A stretch of 64,000 bases of DNA from a bacterium (GTDB lineage Bacteria > Patescibacteriota > Microgenomatia > UBA8517), in assembly GCA_021824915.1 (NCBI GenBank), contig JAKAJP010000022.1, forward strand, positions 23,832 through 87,831. The letters are read 5' to 3'. This document shows, piece by piece, positions 1 to 9,208 of this stretch; within the stretch, counting starts at the first letter, position 1; each line of letters opens with the position of its first letter. The notes below the pieces were generated by a model that was given only the letters and a program-made list of their open reading frames with translations, was not told the origin of the DNA and did not search any database. The translations under genes were made by a program, and so were the position numbers.

Positions 1-755
1 CGGGTCATGTAGGGGGAATTGGTTACAACCAAGAAAAACCTGCAGAGCTATTTGACGACAACATCTTAATGGGAGTGAATGCCATAAAAGCTGCCAAAAC
101 CCGGGGAGTTAAAAAATTCGTAGCCATCGGAACAATTTGCGCCTATCCAAAATACACAAAGGTGCCCTTCAAGGAAAGTGACCTTTGGAACGGTTACCCG
201 GAAGAAACAAACGCACCCTACGGTCTCGCTAAAAAGATGCTTTTAGTGCAATCGCAGGCATACAGAAAGCAATATAACTTCAACTCAATTTTTTTACTCC
301 CCGTAAATCTCTATGGACCCGGGGATAATTTTAACGAAAAATCCTCGCATGTAATCCCAGCCCTAATAAAAAAATTCATGGACGCAAAAGATAAAAATTC
401 AAAGCAGGTCGTAATTTGGGGATCCGGAAAACCGACACGGGAATTTTTATATGTTGAGGACGCCGCCTCCGCAATATTAAAGGCAGCAGAAAAATATGAC
501 AAATCAGATCCTGTTAACATTGGATCCGGCGCTGAAATATCCATTAGTCGGCTTGCAAAATCGATTGCTAAAATATTGAAATTTGACGGTAATATTGTTT
601 TTGATAAATCGAAACCCGACGGACAACCACGAAGAAGACTGAATGTAACCCGTGCCAAGAAAGAATTTGGATTTACAGCAAAAGTGAAATTTCAAATCGG
701 ATTAAAAAAAACAATTAGTTGGTATTCAAACCAGAGGCAAAAGGGTTCTATCTAA
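1..755 (+). CDS. fcl: GDP-L-fucose synthase (GDP-4-keto-6-deoxy-D-mannose 3,5-epimerase/4-reductase), 5'-truncated at window edge
   Basis: Reading frame is open from base 3 (…[27 protein letters not shown]…), so the listed ATG at 69 is internal. SDR-type YxxxK (PYGLAKK), '[12 protein letters not shown]' and '[18 protein letters not shown]' match GDP-fucose synthase. Gmd is encoded at 13.3 kb. Confidence 0.78.
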   Translation, partial: GHVGGIGYNQEKPAELFDDNILMGVNAIKAAKTRGVKKFVAIGTICAYPKYTKVPFKESDLWNGYPEETNAPYGLAKKMLLVQSQAYRKQYNFNSIFLLPVNLYGPGDNFNEKSSHVIPALIKKFMDAKDKNSKQVVIWGSGKPTREFLYVEDAASAILKAAEKYDKSDPVNIGSGAEISISRLAKSIAKILKFDGNIVFDKSKPDGQPRRRLNVTRAKKEFGFTAKVKFQIGLKKTISWYSNQRQKGSI

Positions 756-1793
756 AATTGGATTAATATCAAATTCTTTTGCCAGTACAATTGCATTTTT
801 TCGGGTATTAATCCAAAATTTTCGATCCATCAAAAACTTTTCGATCGCGTTGAGTAGTTCCTTCTCATTTAGTTTAATCACCACCCCTGCGTTATATTTT
901 TTAATATCAATACTTGTCGCAACCGCGTCTGTAATTATTACGGGAGTTCCACAAGCAAGATATTCCCTGGTTTTCTTCGAATCCCCATAATAAACCCATG
1001 AGTATTCCTTTGAATACGAGTAAATAGAGAGCGCCAAAATTGATTTTGAGACTTCCATTAAGAGTTTGGCATTAGAAAGCTGACCGACCAGTAAAACGGA
1101 TTTATCAATACCCAAACTATTAATTCTCGCCTTTAATTTATTCTGATAACCGCCCGTTCCAATAATTGTAAGTTTTACTCTCGGGAATTTGGAATGGACC
1201 TTCTTAAACACTGAAAGAACCAGATCCAGCGAACGGCTATGCGTCAAGCCCGAAACCATAACAATTTTGTTCCTGTCTATTTTTCCGGCATTCTGTCTTG
1301 GACATTTTCCGAAAGATGGAGAGTTTGGGACTAACTTAATTTTTGAGAAACTAATTCCCTGTGCCTTCCGCAAGTCGACAATACGGCTTGAGACATTCCA
1401 AACCTCATCTGAGTTTGTGGCGGCAAATCTGTCAATCCAGAGATAAATAGAATTAATTAATTTGTTTTCAAACCTTGTCGGGGTATAGTCAACGCAATAA
1501 AAGACGGTCTTTTTCAAAAACCCTATTTTTCTAAGAATAACGCCGGCAAAAGCGTTTAACGGGTCTATACCAATAAAAATATCAACTTTATATAAAATTG
1601 TCTTAAATAAGGTCGTTAAAGTTTCGGAAAATGACTTTATCGGCAGAGGCAGAATTGATGTAAGAGGGTATTTTATTACTTGGTGTTTTATTTTCTTTTC
1701 TACCAAATAATTCTCCACTACATCAATCGGACCGTATACCGGACCTGAACTAGTGGAATAAACGTGGCTTACAAGTAAGACCTTACTAGACAT
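726..1793 (-). CDS. glycosyltransferase family 4 (GT-B, retaining)
   Basis: C-terminal GT4 nucleotide-sugar binding region (…[15 protein letters not shown]…[13 protein letters not shown]…). Start moved to MSSKVLL (Met7) to reduce overlap with the upstream gene. Confidence 0.7.
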   Translation of the reverse strand: MSSKVLLVSHVYSTSSGPVYGPIDVVENYLVEKKIKHQVIKYPLTSILPLPIKSFSETLTTLFKTILYKVDIFIGIDPLNAFAGVILRKIGFLKKTVFYCVDYTPTRFENKLINSIYLWIDRFAATNSDEVWNVSSRIVDLRKAQGISFSKIKLVPNSPSFGKCPRQNAGKIDRNKIVMVSGLTHSRSLDLVLSVFKKVHSKFPRVKLTIIGTGGYQNKLKARINSLGIDKSVLLVGQLSNAKLLMEVSKSILALSIYSYSKEYSWVYYGDSKKTREYLACGTPVIITDAVATSIDIKKYNAGVVIKLNEKELLNAIEKFLMDRKFWINTRKNAIVLAKEFDINPILDRTLLPLV

Positions 1794-2664
1794 TTTGGGT
1801 AATATGCTCAAAAACTTTCTTAATCCCGCTCTTTATATCCGTCGCGGGCAGCCAACCAAACTCGCTTTTTAATTTTTCAACCGAATAAATAACTTCTCCG
1901 ACTTTAGATTCATCAGAATTCTGAAAATCAATCTCACACTTTCTTCCACTAATCTTTTCTAAAATTGAAACGAGGTCTAAAATCGAATAATATTTACCAG
2001 TTCCAACGTTATAAATGCCATCAAAATTACCCTCCAAAGAACGTTTAATTAACTCGGAGACGTCATCAACAAAAACCAAATCCCGCTTTTGTTTTCCATC
2101 TCCGTAAATTGTCACTCCTCCCGATTTAATAAAATCGTGGCATAAATTATATATAACCCCCTTTGTATTCCCGGGTCCGTAAATACTGAAAAACCTGAAA
2201 ATTGTAGCTACACCACCATCCTCTTTTGACCACTTCCTAATCATTATCTCGGCTTCAAATTTACTTTCACCATACTCAGTATCCGGATGACAAGTATCAG
2301 TCTCCCTAAACATCTTTCCATTCGAGTCACCATATACTGCTATCGTCGAAGCAAAAATAAATTTTTTAATTTTAGCCGACCTGCAGGCACTAATTAAATT
2401 GGCGGTGGTTTTGATATTTCCCTCCTCCATCGAAGTTTTCCCCGACAAAACCTGACCCGCCAGATGAATAACAACGTCAACGCCATCCAAAAAATTATCA
2501 AGACCTTCCCCATTTAACAAATTTCCTCTAACCACCTTAATTCCATCGGGATAATTATGTCCGTCGAAATCCAATACCACCAGCTGGTGTTTCTCTGTAA
2601 TTAAGCGAGACAGAAGATGACTTCCAATAAAACCCGAGGCGCCGGTTATGGCTACTTTCATCAT
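1786..2664 (-). CDS. NAD-dependent sugar epimerase/dehydratase (extended SDR)
   Basis: N-terminal Rossmann 'MKVAITGASGFIGSHL', catalytic 'YGESKFEAE' (YxxxK), about 290 aa. Confidence 0.75.
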   Translation of the reverse strand: MMKVAITGASGFIGSHLLSRLITEKHQLVVLDFDGHNYPDGIKVVRGNLLNGEGLDNFLDGVDVVIHLAGQVLSGKTSMEEGNIKTTANLISACRSAKIKKFIFASTIAVYGDSNGKMFRETDTCHPDTEYGESKFEAEIMIRKWSKEDGGVATIFRFFSIYGPGNTKGVIYNLCHDFIKSGGVTIYGDGKQKRDLVFVDDVSELIKRSLEGNFDGIYNVGTGKYYSILDLVSILEKISGRKCEIDFQNSDESKVGEVIYSVEKLKSEFGWLPATDIKSGIKKVFEHITQNV

Positions 2665-2679
2665 AATAAGGCCAACATG

Positions 2680-3696
2680 TCACAAAAAACCTTCTTTAAG
2701 TAAAATTTTCTGAAGATCAGCCTTGGTAAGCCTATTGGTTATATCAGATGAATAACGTGTCACACCACCCGCCCTCTTTTTGGTTTTATATTTTGCTTCG
2801 ATAGCCTCAATTTTTATTTGAGGCAAAACAATAAAATAATCGCCGGCATCAATGGTCCTGGATAATTCATGAACCGGTATCAAAGTCTCATGAATCTTCT
2901 CCCCGGGCCTTACCCCAATATTCTCGACTTTTGTTTTACTGCTACCAAGATGTTTAATCATCACATCGGCCAAATCTGAAATTGTGTGACCGGGCGATTT
3001 CCTGACAAAAACTTCTCCTCCAACACCTTGTTCAAGAGCGGCCAGGACCAAATCGACACTTTCTGAGAGACTCATCATAAACCTAGTCATGTTTGGATCT
3101 GTAATTGTAACCGGTTTGCCTTCATTAATAAGTGATTTAAAAAGTGGAACTACAGACCCGCGCGATCCTAAAACATTTCCGTATCGTGTGTTTACAAAAA
3201 CAGTTCTTTTACCGGTATTGTAAAGATTTGCCGTAGTAATAAGTCGTTCCTGAAGAGCTTTGGCCATGCCATACGCGTTTACCGGTTCTACAGCCTTGTC
3301 GGTGGAAAGAGCAACCACCTTATCTACATTTTCATCTCTGGCTGCCTCTATCAGATTTTCAGCTCCAATCACATTGGTCTTAATTCCTTCCCAAACATTA
3401 TATTCAACCTCTGTAATCCACTTTAGAGCTGCAGCGTGAATAATAATATTAACTCCACGAACCGCTTCCCTGATACTCCTAAAATCCCTAATATCACCAA
3501 GAACAAACCTCAACCTGGGTTCATTTTTGTACTCAAGTCTCATAACTCCCTGCTTATCCTCGTCACGGCTAAAAACAATTATCTCTGCCGGACCAAGTTT
3601 CAAGATTTCCCGGATAAACATCTGGCCAAACGACCCCGTTCCTCCGGTTACCAGAACCCGCTTTCCCCTGATAATTTTTTGCCTAGAACTGACCAT
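2680..3696 (-). CDS. polysaccharide biosynthesis protein CapD/PseB-like (UDP-GlcNAc 4,6-dehydratase family)
   Basis: 'RVLVTGGTGSFGQ' Rossmann motif, 'YGMAKALQE' catalytic Tyr/Lys, 338 aa. This is typical of inverting UDP-GlcNAc 4,6-dehydratases (PseB/FlaA1/CapD). Confidence 0.7.
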   Translation of the reverse strand: MVSSRQKIIRGKRVLVTGGTGSFGQMFIREILKLGPAEIIVFSRDEDKQGVMRLEYKNEPRLRFVLGDIRDFRSIREAVRGVNIIIHAAALKWITEVEYNVWEGIKTNVIGAENLIEAARDENVDKVVALSTDKAVEPVNAYGMAKALQERLITTANLYNTGKRTVFVNTRYGNVLGSRGSVVPLFKSLINEGKPVTITDPNMTRFMMSLSESVDLVLAALEQGVGGEVFVRKSPGHTISDLADVMIKHLGSSKTKVENIGVRPGEKIHETLIPVHELSRTIDAGDYFIVLPQIKIEAIEAKYKTKKRAGGVTRYSSDITNRLTKADLQKILLKEGFL

Positions 3697-3713
3697 ATCG
3701 GTATTTTAACCCG

Positions 3714-4526
3714 TCATCGGCTTCCTAGCAAACCATACAAAAAACCCAAAGCCGCCGCCGCCATCTCAAGTCCTTTAAGAATAAACATGCAAGAAGCTAA
3801 AAACGGATATTTAATTAATCTTTTCCATTTCTTAATAAAAACCGGTCTTATAAGCATGTTCCCCTGGGTTGACAAAAGTTCGGGGTGTTTTTTAAGGTAT
3901 ATCCTTGCACGGGAGGCATAATAAAACTTCTTCTTAGCGCTTTTAAGTGGAGAAAAATTTCCCTCGTTGTGAAGTATAAAGCTCCTTACTCGCCCAATTT
4001 TTACTCCCTTCCGTCTCATTCTATACGGCAAATCATAGTCTTCGGGTCCGGTTATCGAAGTGTCATACCCGCCAAATTTTTGGAAAACATCTTTCCTAAA
4101 AAACCTCGCGGCTTCAATTGAAGAATCGCCAACATAAAAACTTCTTTCAAAGGCTTTTACCTTTGCCCAAAATCCAACCCCGACAGATCTTTCAGGAACC
4201 ACAAGAGCTCCATAGGTTTCATTTTCAAACTTCTCTAATCCGTCAAACAAGACGTCCTTTGTCAATTGCATATCCGCGTCAAGAATTAGAACATATTCGC
4301 CTACTGCTTTTTCAACCCCCAAATTTCTCTGAACACTTCTTTCCGGGCCCTTCTGGAAAATTCTTGCACCGTATTTTCTCGCAATTTCTAGCGTTTTATC
4401 TGTCGAAAAATTATCAACCAAGACAACCTCGTAATCGCGTATCGATTGGTGTTTTATACTTTCCAAAAGGTTGCCCAAAACCTTTTCTTCATTTTTTGTA
4501 GTTACTATTACAGAGATCTTTTTCAT
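3714..4526 (-). CDS. glycosyltransferase family 2
   Basis: N-terminal GT-A signature 'KISVIVTTKNEE…', 'VVLVDNFSTDKT', 'LDADMQL' (DxD). Start set at MKKISV so it is ATG-adjacent to the upstream stop at 4528. Confidence 0.75.
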   Translation of the reverse strand: MKKISVIVTTKNEEKVLGNLLESIKHQSIRDYEVVLVDNFSTDKTLEIARKYGARIFQKGPERSVQRNLGVEKAVGEYVLILDADMQLTKDVLFDGLEKFENETYGALVVPERSVGVGFWAKVKAFERSFYVGDSSIEAARFFRKDVFQKFGGYDTSITGPEDYDLPYRMRRKGVKIGRVRSFILHNEGNFSPLKSAKKKFYYASRARIYLKKHPELLSTQGNMLIRPVFIKKWKRLIKYPFLASCMFILKGLEMAAAALGFLYGLLGSR

Positions 4527-4527
4527 T

Positions 4528-6456
4528 TTATGGACTTGTCGCACAAGCTATGCCATGAACAAACAGGGTGTCGACCTTTGTACCCAATATGGCGGTATTG
4601 CCACATTGGCTATTATTTCTAACAAACTGAACAGTGTAATTCAGATCACTAAGCTTAGGATCCTCCCAAGTTTTTAGCTTCAACACTTGGAATTTATTTT
4701 CATCGTATTTGGACAAAGTTGCCCTAAATGTATCTTCATAATACCACCAAGGATACCAAGCAAATTCGTAAATTTGGACATTTTTTGGTTGTATGCCCGT
4801 TTTAACAAGTTTTTCCGCAGTCACCCAAACTACTCCATTGGTAGTATGAAAAATCTTGGTATTAATAAACGAAATAAATAAAACAAACAACACCGCCAAG
4901 ACTGATAAAAATTTATTTAATCCAAACTTTTTTGCAAAAAGTGCCAAGCCAATAAAAACAAATGGCACAAAAGAAATGACGTATTCAAACCAAACATATG
5001 GCAAAGTAATTGTAATTAAAAAAATGGAAATAAAATTAATGAAAAGAAAAAGTTCGATCGACCTTTTTAAATCAAACTTCCTAATTCTCACAAAAAAGCC
5101 GGCGCTTACAACTAATGCCACTAATATTGCAAGTGTTACTAAAAAAAGCCACGATCCGGTAACAATCTCATTAATTGAGTACTTAGGCGAATCGTTAAGA
5201 TAAATCTTGTAAAAATAAACTGAGAAATATGCAATATCGAGAACTACTGCGCCAACATAAAAATAGATGGGCATACGGGGCTTTAGATAAAAATATTTCT
5301 TCCAAAAACTCCTACCCAAACTCAATAACATGATTGAGGCAAACGGAATTGACAGGAGCACTGACCTGTCCCAAAGTATTCTATACCAAATCGCATCATG
5401 CCCACCCCAGAAATTTATAAAACTGAAAATTTCAATCGGGAAAAAAGCACCTTCAAATTTCGGAAAAATCATTTTTGAATACGGAGGAAGATAAAAAACA
5501 AAGGCAATAAGCCCGGCAACCAAAATGAAAAAGACTACGTTCATAAACTTAAACGATTTTTTGATGTGATCTAACTTTAACTTGTAAATCAAAAATGCCG
5601 GCCAGATAAGCCCAACAACCTCCGCAAAGTAAATTCCTATTCTATTAAAAGTTTCTGCATAATACCTTGATACCATACCAACTTTTTGAAGGCTCTGCGG
5701 CCATATCAAATTCTTAAGTATATAAAGAGTTCCTTTATCCCAGGAGAATATCTGAGCCAAAGTTTTATTTCCATCTAAACTTAACCAATACGAATAGGTC
5801 AAAATTGTGACAATGGGAATTGCTAATGACCAGATGATATATTTCAACAATCGCTTAAAATTTTTATCATTGGCGGCCTTGAATACAAATATTATTAGTA
5901 TTGATGGAACAATAATTATCGCAGTCTGACGAACCAAGAAAGAGAAGCTCAAAAAAACGCTTCCTATCAACAACTTACTTAGTTCGTTTTTCTCAAAACC
6001 ACAAATATAGAAATATAGTGAAATCATAAATAGAGAAATAAACGGAATATCTGTCATAAAACTGTAGGCAAATAGAAGGTTCCAAGGAAATGCAAAATAA
6101 AGAATTGAAAAAACGGTAGATTCAAACCTTCCAACATTCAGCCTCCTTAAAATTCCATAAAAGGCAAGTATTCCAAAATAAAAAATCGTTACTGTTGAAA
6201 TTGTTAAAGCCTTGAATGAAAAACCGAAGATTTTAGAAAAAAGTGTCCCCCAATAAGCTTGGAAAATTAAAGTTGCAGTCGACCATTCACTGATCTTCAA
6301 ATACCCGTCAACAACAAGATGTTTAACGGTTTGAGAATAGGCAAAATCATCAAGGAGTGCTTTTCCGTAAATTGGGTTCATCAAAATAAACACACCCCAA
6401 TAAACAACTGAGATAATAATTACACCAAGCGATATCCGCCTCAACATCTTCTTCAT
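4528..6456 (-). CDS. GT-C fold membrane glycosyltransferase (ArnT/PMT-like, GT39/GT83 family), 642 aa
   Basis: More than 10 predicted TM helices. First periplasmic loop carries the acidic motif 'LLDDFAYSQ' characteristic of ArnT/PMT-type GT-C enzymes. C-terminal soluble domain of about 150 aa. Confidence 0.6.
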   Translation of the reverse strand: MKKMLRRISLGVIIISVVYWGVFILMNPIYGKALLDDFAYSQTVKHLVVDGYLKISEWSTATLIFQAYWGTLFSKIFGFSFKALTISTVTIFYFGILAFYGILRRLNVGRFESTVFSILYFAFPWNLLFAYSFMTDIPFISLFMISLYFYICGFEKNELSKLLIGSVFLSFSFLVRQTAIIIVPSILIIFVFKAANDKNFKRLLKYIIWSLAIPIVTILTYSYWLSLDGNKTLAQIFSWDKGTLYILKNLIWPQSLQKVGMVSRYYAETFNRIGIYFAEVVGLIWPAFLIYKLKLDHIKKSFKFMNVVFFILVAGLIAFVFYLPPYSKMIFPKFEGAFFPIEIFSFINFWGGHDAIWYRILWDRSVLLSIPFASIMLLSLGRSFWKKYFYLKPRMPIYFYVGAVVLDIAYFSVYFYKIYLNDSPKYSINEIVTGSWLFLVTLAILVALVVSAGFFVRIRKFDLKRSIELFLFINFISIFLITITLPYVWFEYVISFVPFVFIGLALFAKKFGLNKFLSVLAVLFVLFISFINTKIFHTTNGVVWVTAEKLVKTGIQPKNVQIYEFAWYPWWYYEDTFRATLSKYDENKFQVLKLKTWEDPKLSDLNYTVQFVRNNSQCGNTAILGTKVDTLFVHGIACATSP

Positions 6457-8576
6457 GGCAACTTCTTTAATCCCGTAATTGATATTTCAGCGTTTTGAAA
6501 AATACAGGCGTTTCCAACTTGGGGATCTACCAAAAATATCTGAGCTTTTCTTCCCGGGAACAAAAAAACAAAATTATTATCCGTCCAACCGGTGGCCGTA
6601 ATCGGAACCTGAGGAGTATTTATTGGGTCTGGCTCCTGAACCCATTTACCACCATCGGAGAGAATTGCCACATAACCCGGCTTTGCGTTTTGACACTGGA
6701 AATTTCCGTGCTTAATCTTTATCCCTGTAAGATAAACTTGTTTACCCATATCAATCTTCAACTGAAACCCTGTTGCGTTTTTCTCAAAATTAATAGACTT
6801 CGGTTTATACTGAGCCTCTTCCTTAAATTCTGGTCTGGTATGTGCAAGATCATTTTTCCAAACCTTCAAAAGCGGTACGCCGTCAACACTTGCAATATAA
6901 ACAGGCTCCAAATATTTGTCGTAATATTGAAACGAATACCAATACTTAGGGGGCCATTCAAAATCCATTTCCATTTCATATTCGCCTGCCCTATTTGTTC
7001 CACTCCAATAAGCGTTGGAGAAATCTATATCACTTCTCAACTTCAACCGGGGAACGTTTATCATGTTGGCTATAGGAAGACCCAGCTTGGCGTTTGGTTC
7101 AGCATTCTTATTTAGCCAATTGACGCCTTGCATATAAACATTTCCGTAGGTGTTTCCCCAATAAGGAATGTTTTTGTCTCGCGCTCCGCGAATACCGCCG
7201 ACTATTTGATTGAAATAGACATTCTCGTTGGGATGTATTTTAGCCATCTCATAAACCGAAAAAGCTAATCCCAAAAACATGACCGCATAAGCAAACTTTT
7301 TATTCCTAAGGGAATCTGCTAAAGCTTTTGCTCCAATGCCTGCAAGGATTGCCATAGCCGGAACAAATTCCATTATTTGCCTAACTCCGCCGTAAATACC
7401 GGCATTGGGATACGACGCTCTAATTACCGGTATCAAAAACCAAAGAACAACAAAAAGATAAAATCCGTCACGTCTTCTTAAAAAAATAAATAAACTTGCC
7501 AAAAGACCAAACATAGATAGAAATAATATTGGCACTTGGGTTGTATAGATTATCCAGAGAGTGGGATAAGTATTCCATCCGTGAACTATAAACTTAGACA
7601 TCTCACCTGGCGTCCCGGTACCTATTTGCTCATAAAAACCGAGGACCTTCATAGCCCCACCCATAGGGTCGTGCCATAAAAACGGCCAAAGAATATAGGT
7701 CACCCCCAAAACAACTGGTATATAGAAAAGTAATACGATCAAAAGAGGCCAAATCTTTTTCAAAGAACCAAATCTCTTACGCTTTAGAAAGATTTCCCGA
7801 TAGACTACAAACACGAGCCACGGTCCGATTACAAGCACTGAGAATAAAAGATTTAACTTTGTCCCTAACGCAAATCCAGCAAAAACCGCCGAAGCCAATA
7901 AAATCTTCCAGTTGTTTTTTTCGATACCAAAATAAAAAAGAATTAAGGTTAAGCCAAATAACGCCGCTTCAGGAGGATCTTTTATATTAAAATGGGATTC
8001 AGAAAAAAATAACGGATATGAGGCCAGAGAAATCGAAGAAATTAAAGCCGGAACAACTCCCAACTTCTTAGTGACAAAAATAAAAACTGCAAGAACTAGA
8101 ACCGAGCTCAAAAAAATCTCGTAAAAATGATAAGACTCCAAGTCCCCCATTATCCCCAACTTTTGGTAGAGGAGGTAGTTAAATCCTGCTGCAAAAATAT
8201 CACTTATGGGTGGATGACCCTCGTCATTTTTAACAAAATATTCAAAATTGTAAACATCAGAGGCAAAATAGCTCCTCCTAATGTTTGAGTTATTTGTTTG
8301 TTTGCTTTTTATAGCTTTATCAAAAAGCTCCGACTCACCCTTCAGACTTACAAAATCAGACGAACCCTTAAGTTGTGGGTAGAGAGGAAGATCTAAAAAA
8401 TTTGTTTTGCCAGTTAAAAAATAATGAAGATACGCTTGCCCTCGCTGAAAATGGAATGGTTCATCCCAGTTAATTCCATAATCTTTCATTGTAAAGGTTG
8501 CAATAAAAAGAAAGGCTAGTGCAACAAATAAACCGAGGAGAACCAACCTATTTTTTAGAAACTTCATATGTGGCAA
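6453..8576 (-). CDS. GT-C fold membrane glycosyltransferase with large C-terminal extracytoplasmic domain, 707 aa
   Basis: N-terminal 'YGINWDEPFHFQRGQAYLHY' (DE-motif loop), about 11 TM helices, then a beta-rich soluble domain of about 250 aa. ATGA overlap with the downstream gene. Confidence 0.55.
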   Translation of the reverse strand: MPHMKFLKNRLVLLGLFVALAFLFIATFTMKDYGINWDEPFHFQRGQAYLHYFLTGKTNFLDLPLYPQLKGSSDFVSLKGESELFDKAIKSKQTNNSNIRRSYFASDVYNFEYFVKNDEGHPPISDIFAAGFNYLLYQKLGIMGDLESYHFYEIFLSSVLVLAVFIFVTKKLGVVPALISSISLASYPLFFSESHFNIKDPPEAALFGLTLILFYFGIEKNNWKILLASAVFAGFALGTKLNLLFSVLVIGPWLVFVVYREIFLKRKRFGSLKKIWPLLIVLLFYIPVVLGVTYILWPFLWHDPMGGAMKVLGFYEQIGTGTPGEMSKFIVHGWNTYPTLWIIYTTQVPILFLSMFGLLASLFIFLRRRDGFYLFVVLWFLIPVIRASYPNAGIYGGVRQIMEFVPAMAILAGIGAKALADSLRNKKFAYAVMFLGLAFSVYEMAKIHPNENVYFNQIVGGIRGARDKNIPYWGNTYGNVYMQGVNWLNKNAEPNAKLGLPIANMINVPRLKLRSDIDFSNAYWSGTNRAGEYEMEMDFEWPPKYWYSFQYYDKYLEPVYIASVDGVPLLKVWKNDLAHTRPEFKEEAQYKPKSINFEKNATGFQLKIDMGKQVYLTGIKIKHGNFQCQNAKPGYVAILSDGGKWVQEPDPINTPQVPITATGWTDNNFVFLFPGRKAQIFLVDPQVGNACIFQNAEISITGLKKLP

Positions 8577-9204
8577 TTATACTAAGCACATCAGACCGCT
8601 TTGTCTTTTCCCGAAATCCCATCTTGGATAAGGTTTTATAAAAAATTTCTTCCGTGGACAACCAATGTTTCATAAATCTAATTTCTCCCAAATAGGATTT
8701 TCCGCGCCTTTTAAGAGAAGGCATAAAATTAGCAACGAAAGACGTTGATATGAAATCATAAAAAGACCTAAGGATTGAGCGGTGAGGCTCAATAAAACAA
8801 AGTTTTCCACCATTCTTTAACACTCTTTTAATCTCTTCTATCGCACGATCATACTTCATAAAATGGTGAAAAACAGAATCAACAAAAACCACATCAAAAT
8901 AATTTGCCTTAAAGGGGAGTTTTTCGGCAGAGGCCAAATAAAATTTATTGTCTCTATTTTCTTTCCTCGCAATTGAAAGAAGCTCGGGTGAAATATCAAT
9001 CCCGATCACATCTCTTATACCCATCTTTCTTAATACTTTTACGTTAAGGCCATCACCACAACCCAAGTCCAAAACCCTATCTTTTCTACCAATCTCCAAA
9101 AATGAAATCCGCCTTTTTCTTTCATTGAGATTTCTCCTCGTTTTAATGCAAGCTTCTTCCCAATGGTGAGATTGGCCCCATTTATTAACGTTAGTATTAG
9201 CCAT
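8548..9204 (-). CDS. class I SAM-dependent methyltransferase
   Basis: Motif I 'VLDLGCGDGLN' and motif II 'DVVFVDSVFHH'. Start placed at MANTNV (Met22) to avoid a 59-bp overlap with the upstream aminotransferase. Confidence 0.7.
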   Translation of the reverse strand: MANTNVNKWGQSHHWEEACIKTRRNLNERKRRISFLEIGRKDRVLDLGCGDGLNVKVLRKMGIRDVIGIDISPELLSIARKENRDNKFYLASAEKLPFKANYFDVVFVDSVFHHFMKYDRAIEEIKRVLKNGGKLCFIEPHRSILRSFYDFISTSFVANFMPSLKRRGKSYLGEIRFMKHWLSTEEIFYKTLSKMGFREKTKRSDVLSIIATYEVSKK

Positions 9205-9208
9205 GAAG

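Noticed and set aside
311-695. ORFs 311..658(-) and 504..695(-), antisense within the fcl gene
   Set aside because: They lie entirely inside a well-supported CDS on the opposite strand, are low-complexity and carry no motifs. They are typical antisense shadow ORFs in AT-rich DNA.
3436-4501. Plus-strand ORFs 3436..3921, 3527..3709, 3885..4121 and 4118..4501, antisense to the PseB-like and GT2 genes
   Set aside because: Each is embedded in a minus-strand gene with clear family motifs. The translations are Pro/Arg/Ser-rich nonsense with no domain resemblance.
6495-7115. 206-aa plus-strand ORF inside the 707-aa GT-C gene
   Set aside because: It is antisense to a CDS with coherent TM topology. 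The translation is Cys/Leu/Ile-rich with no motif. It is long for a shadow ORF, but nothing supports it.
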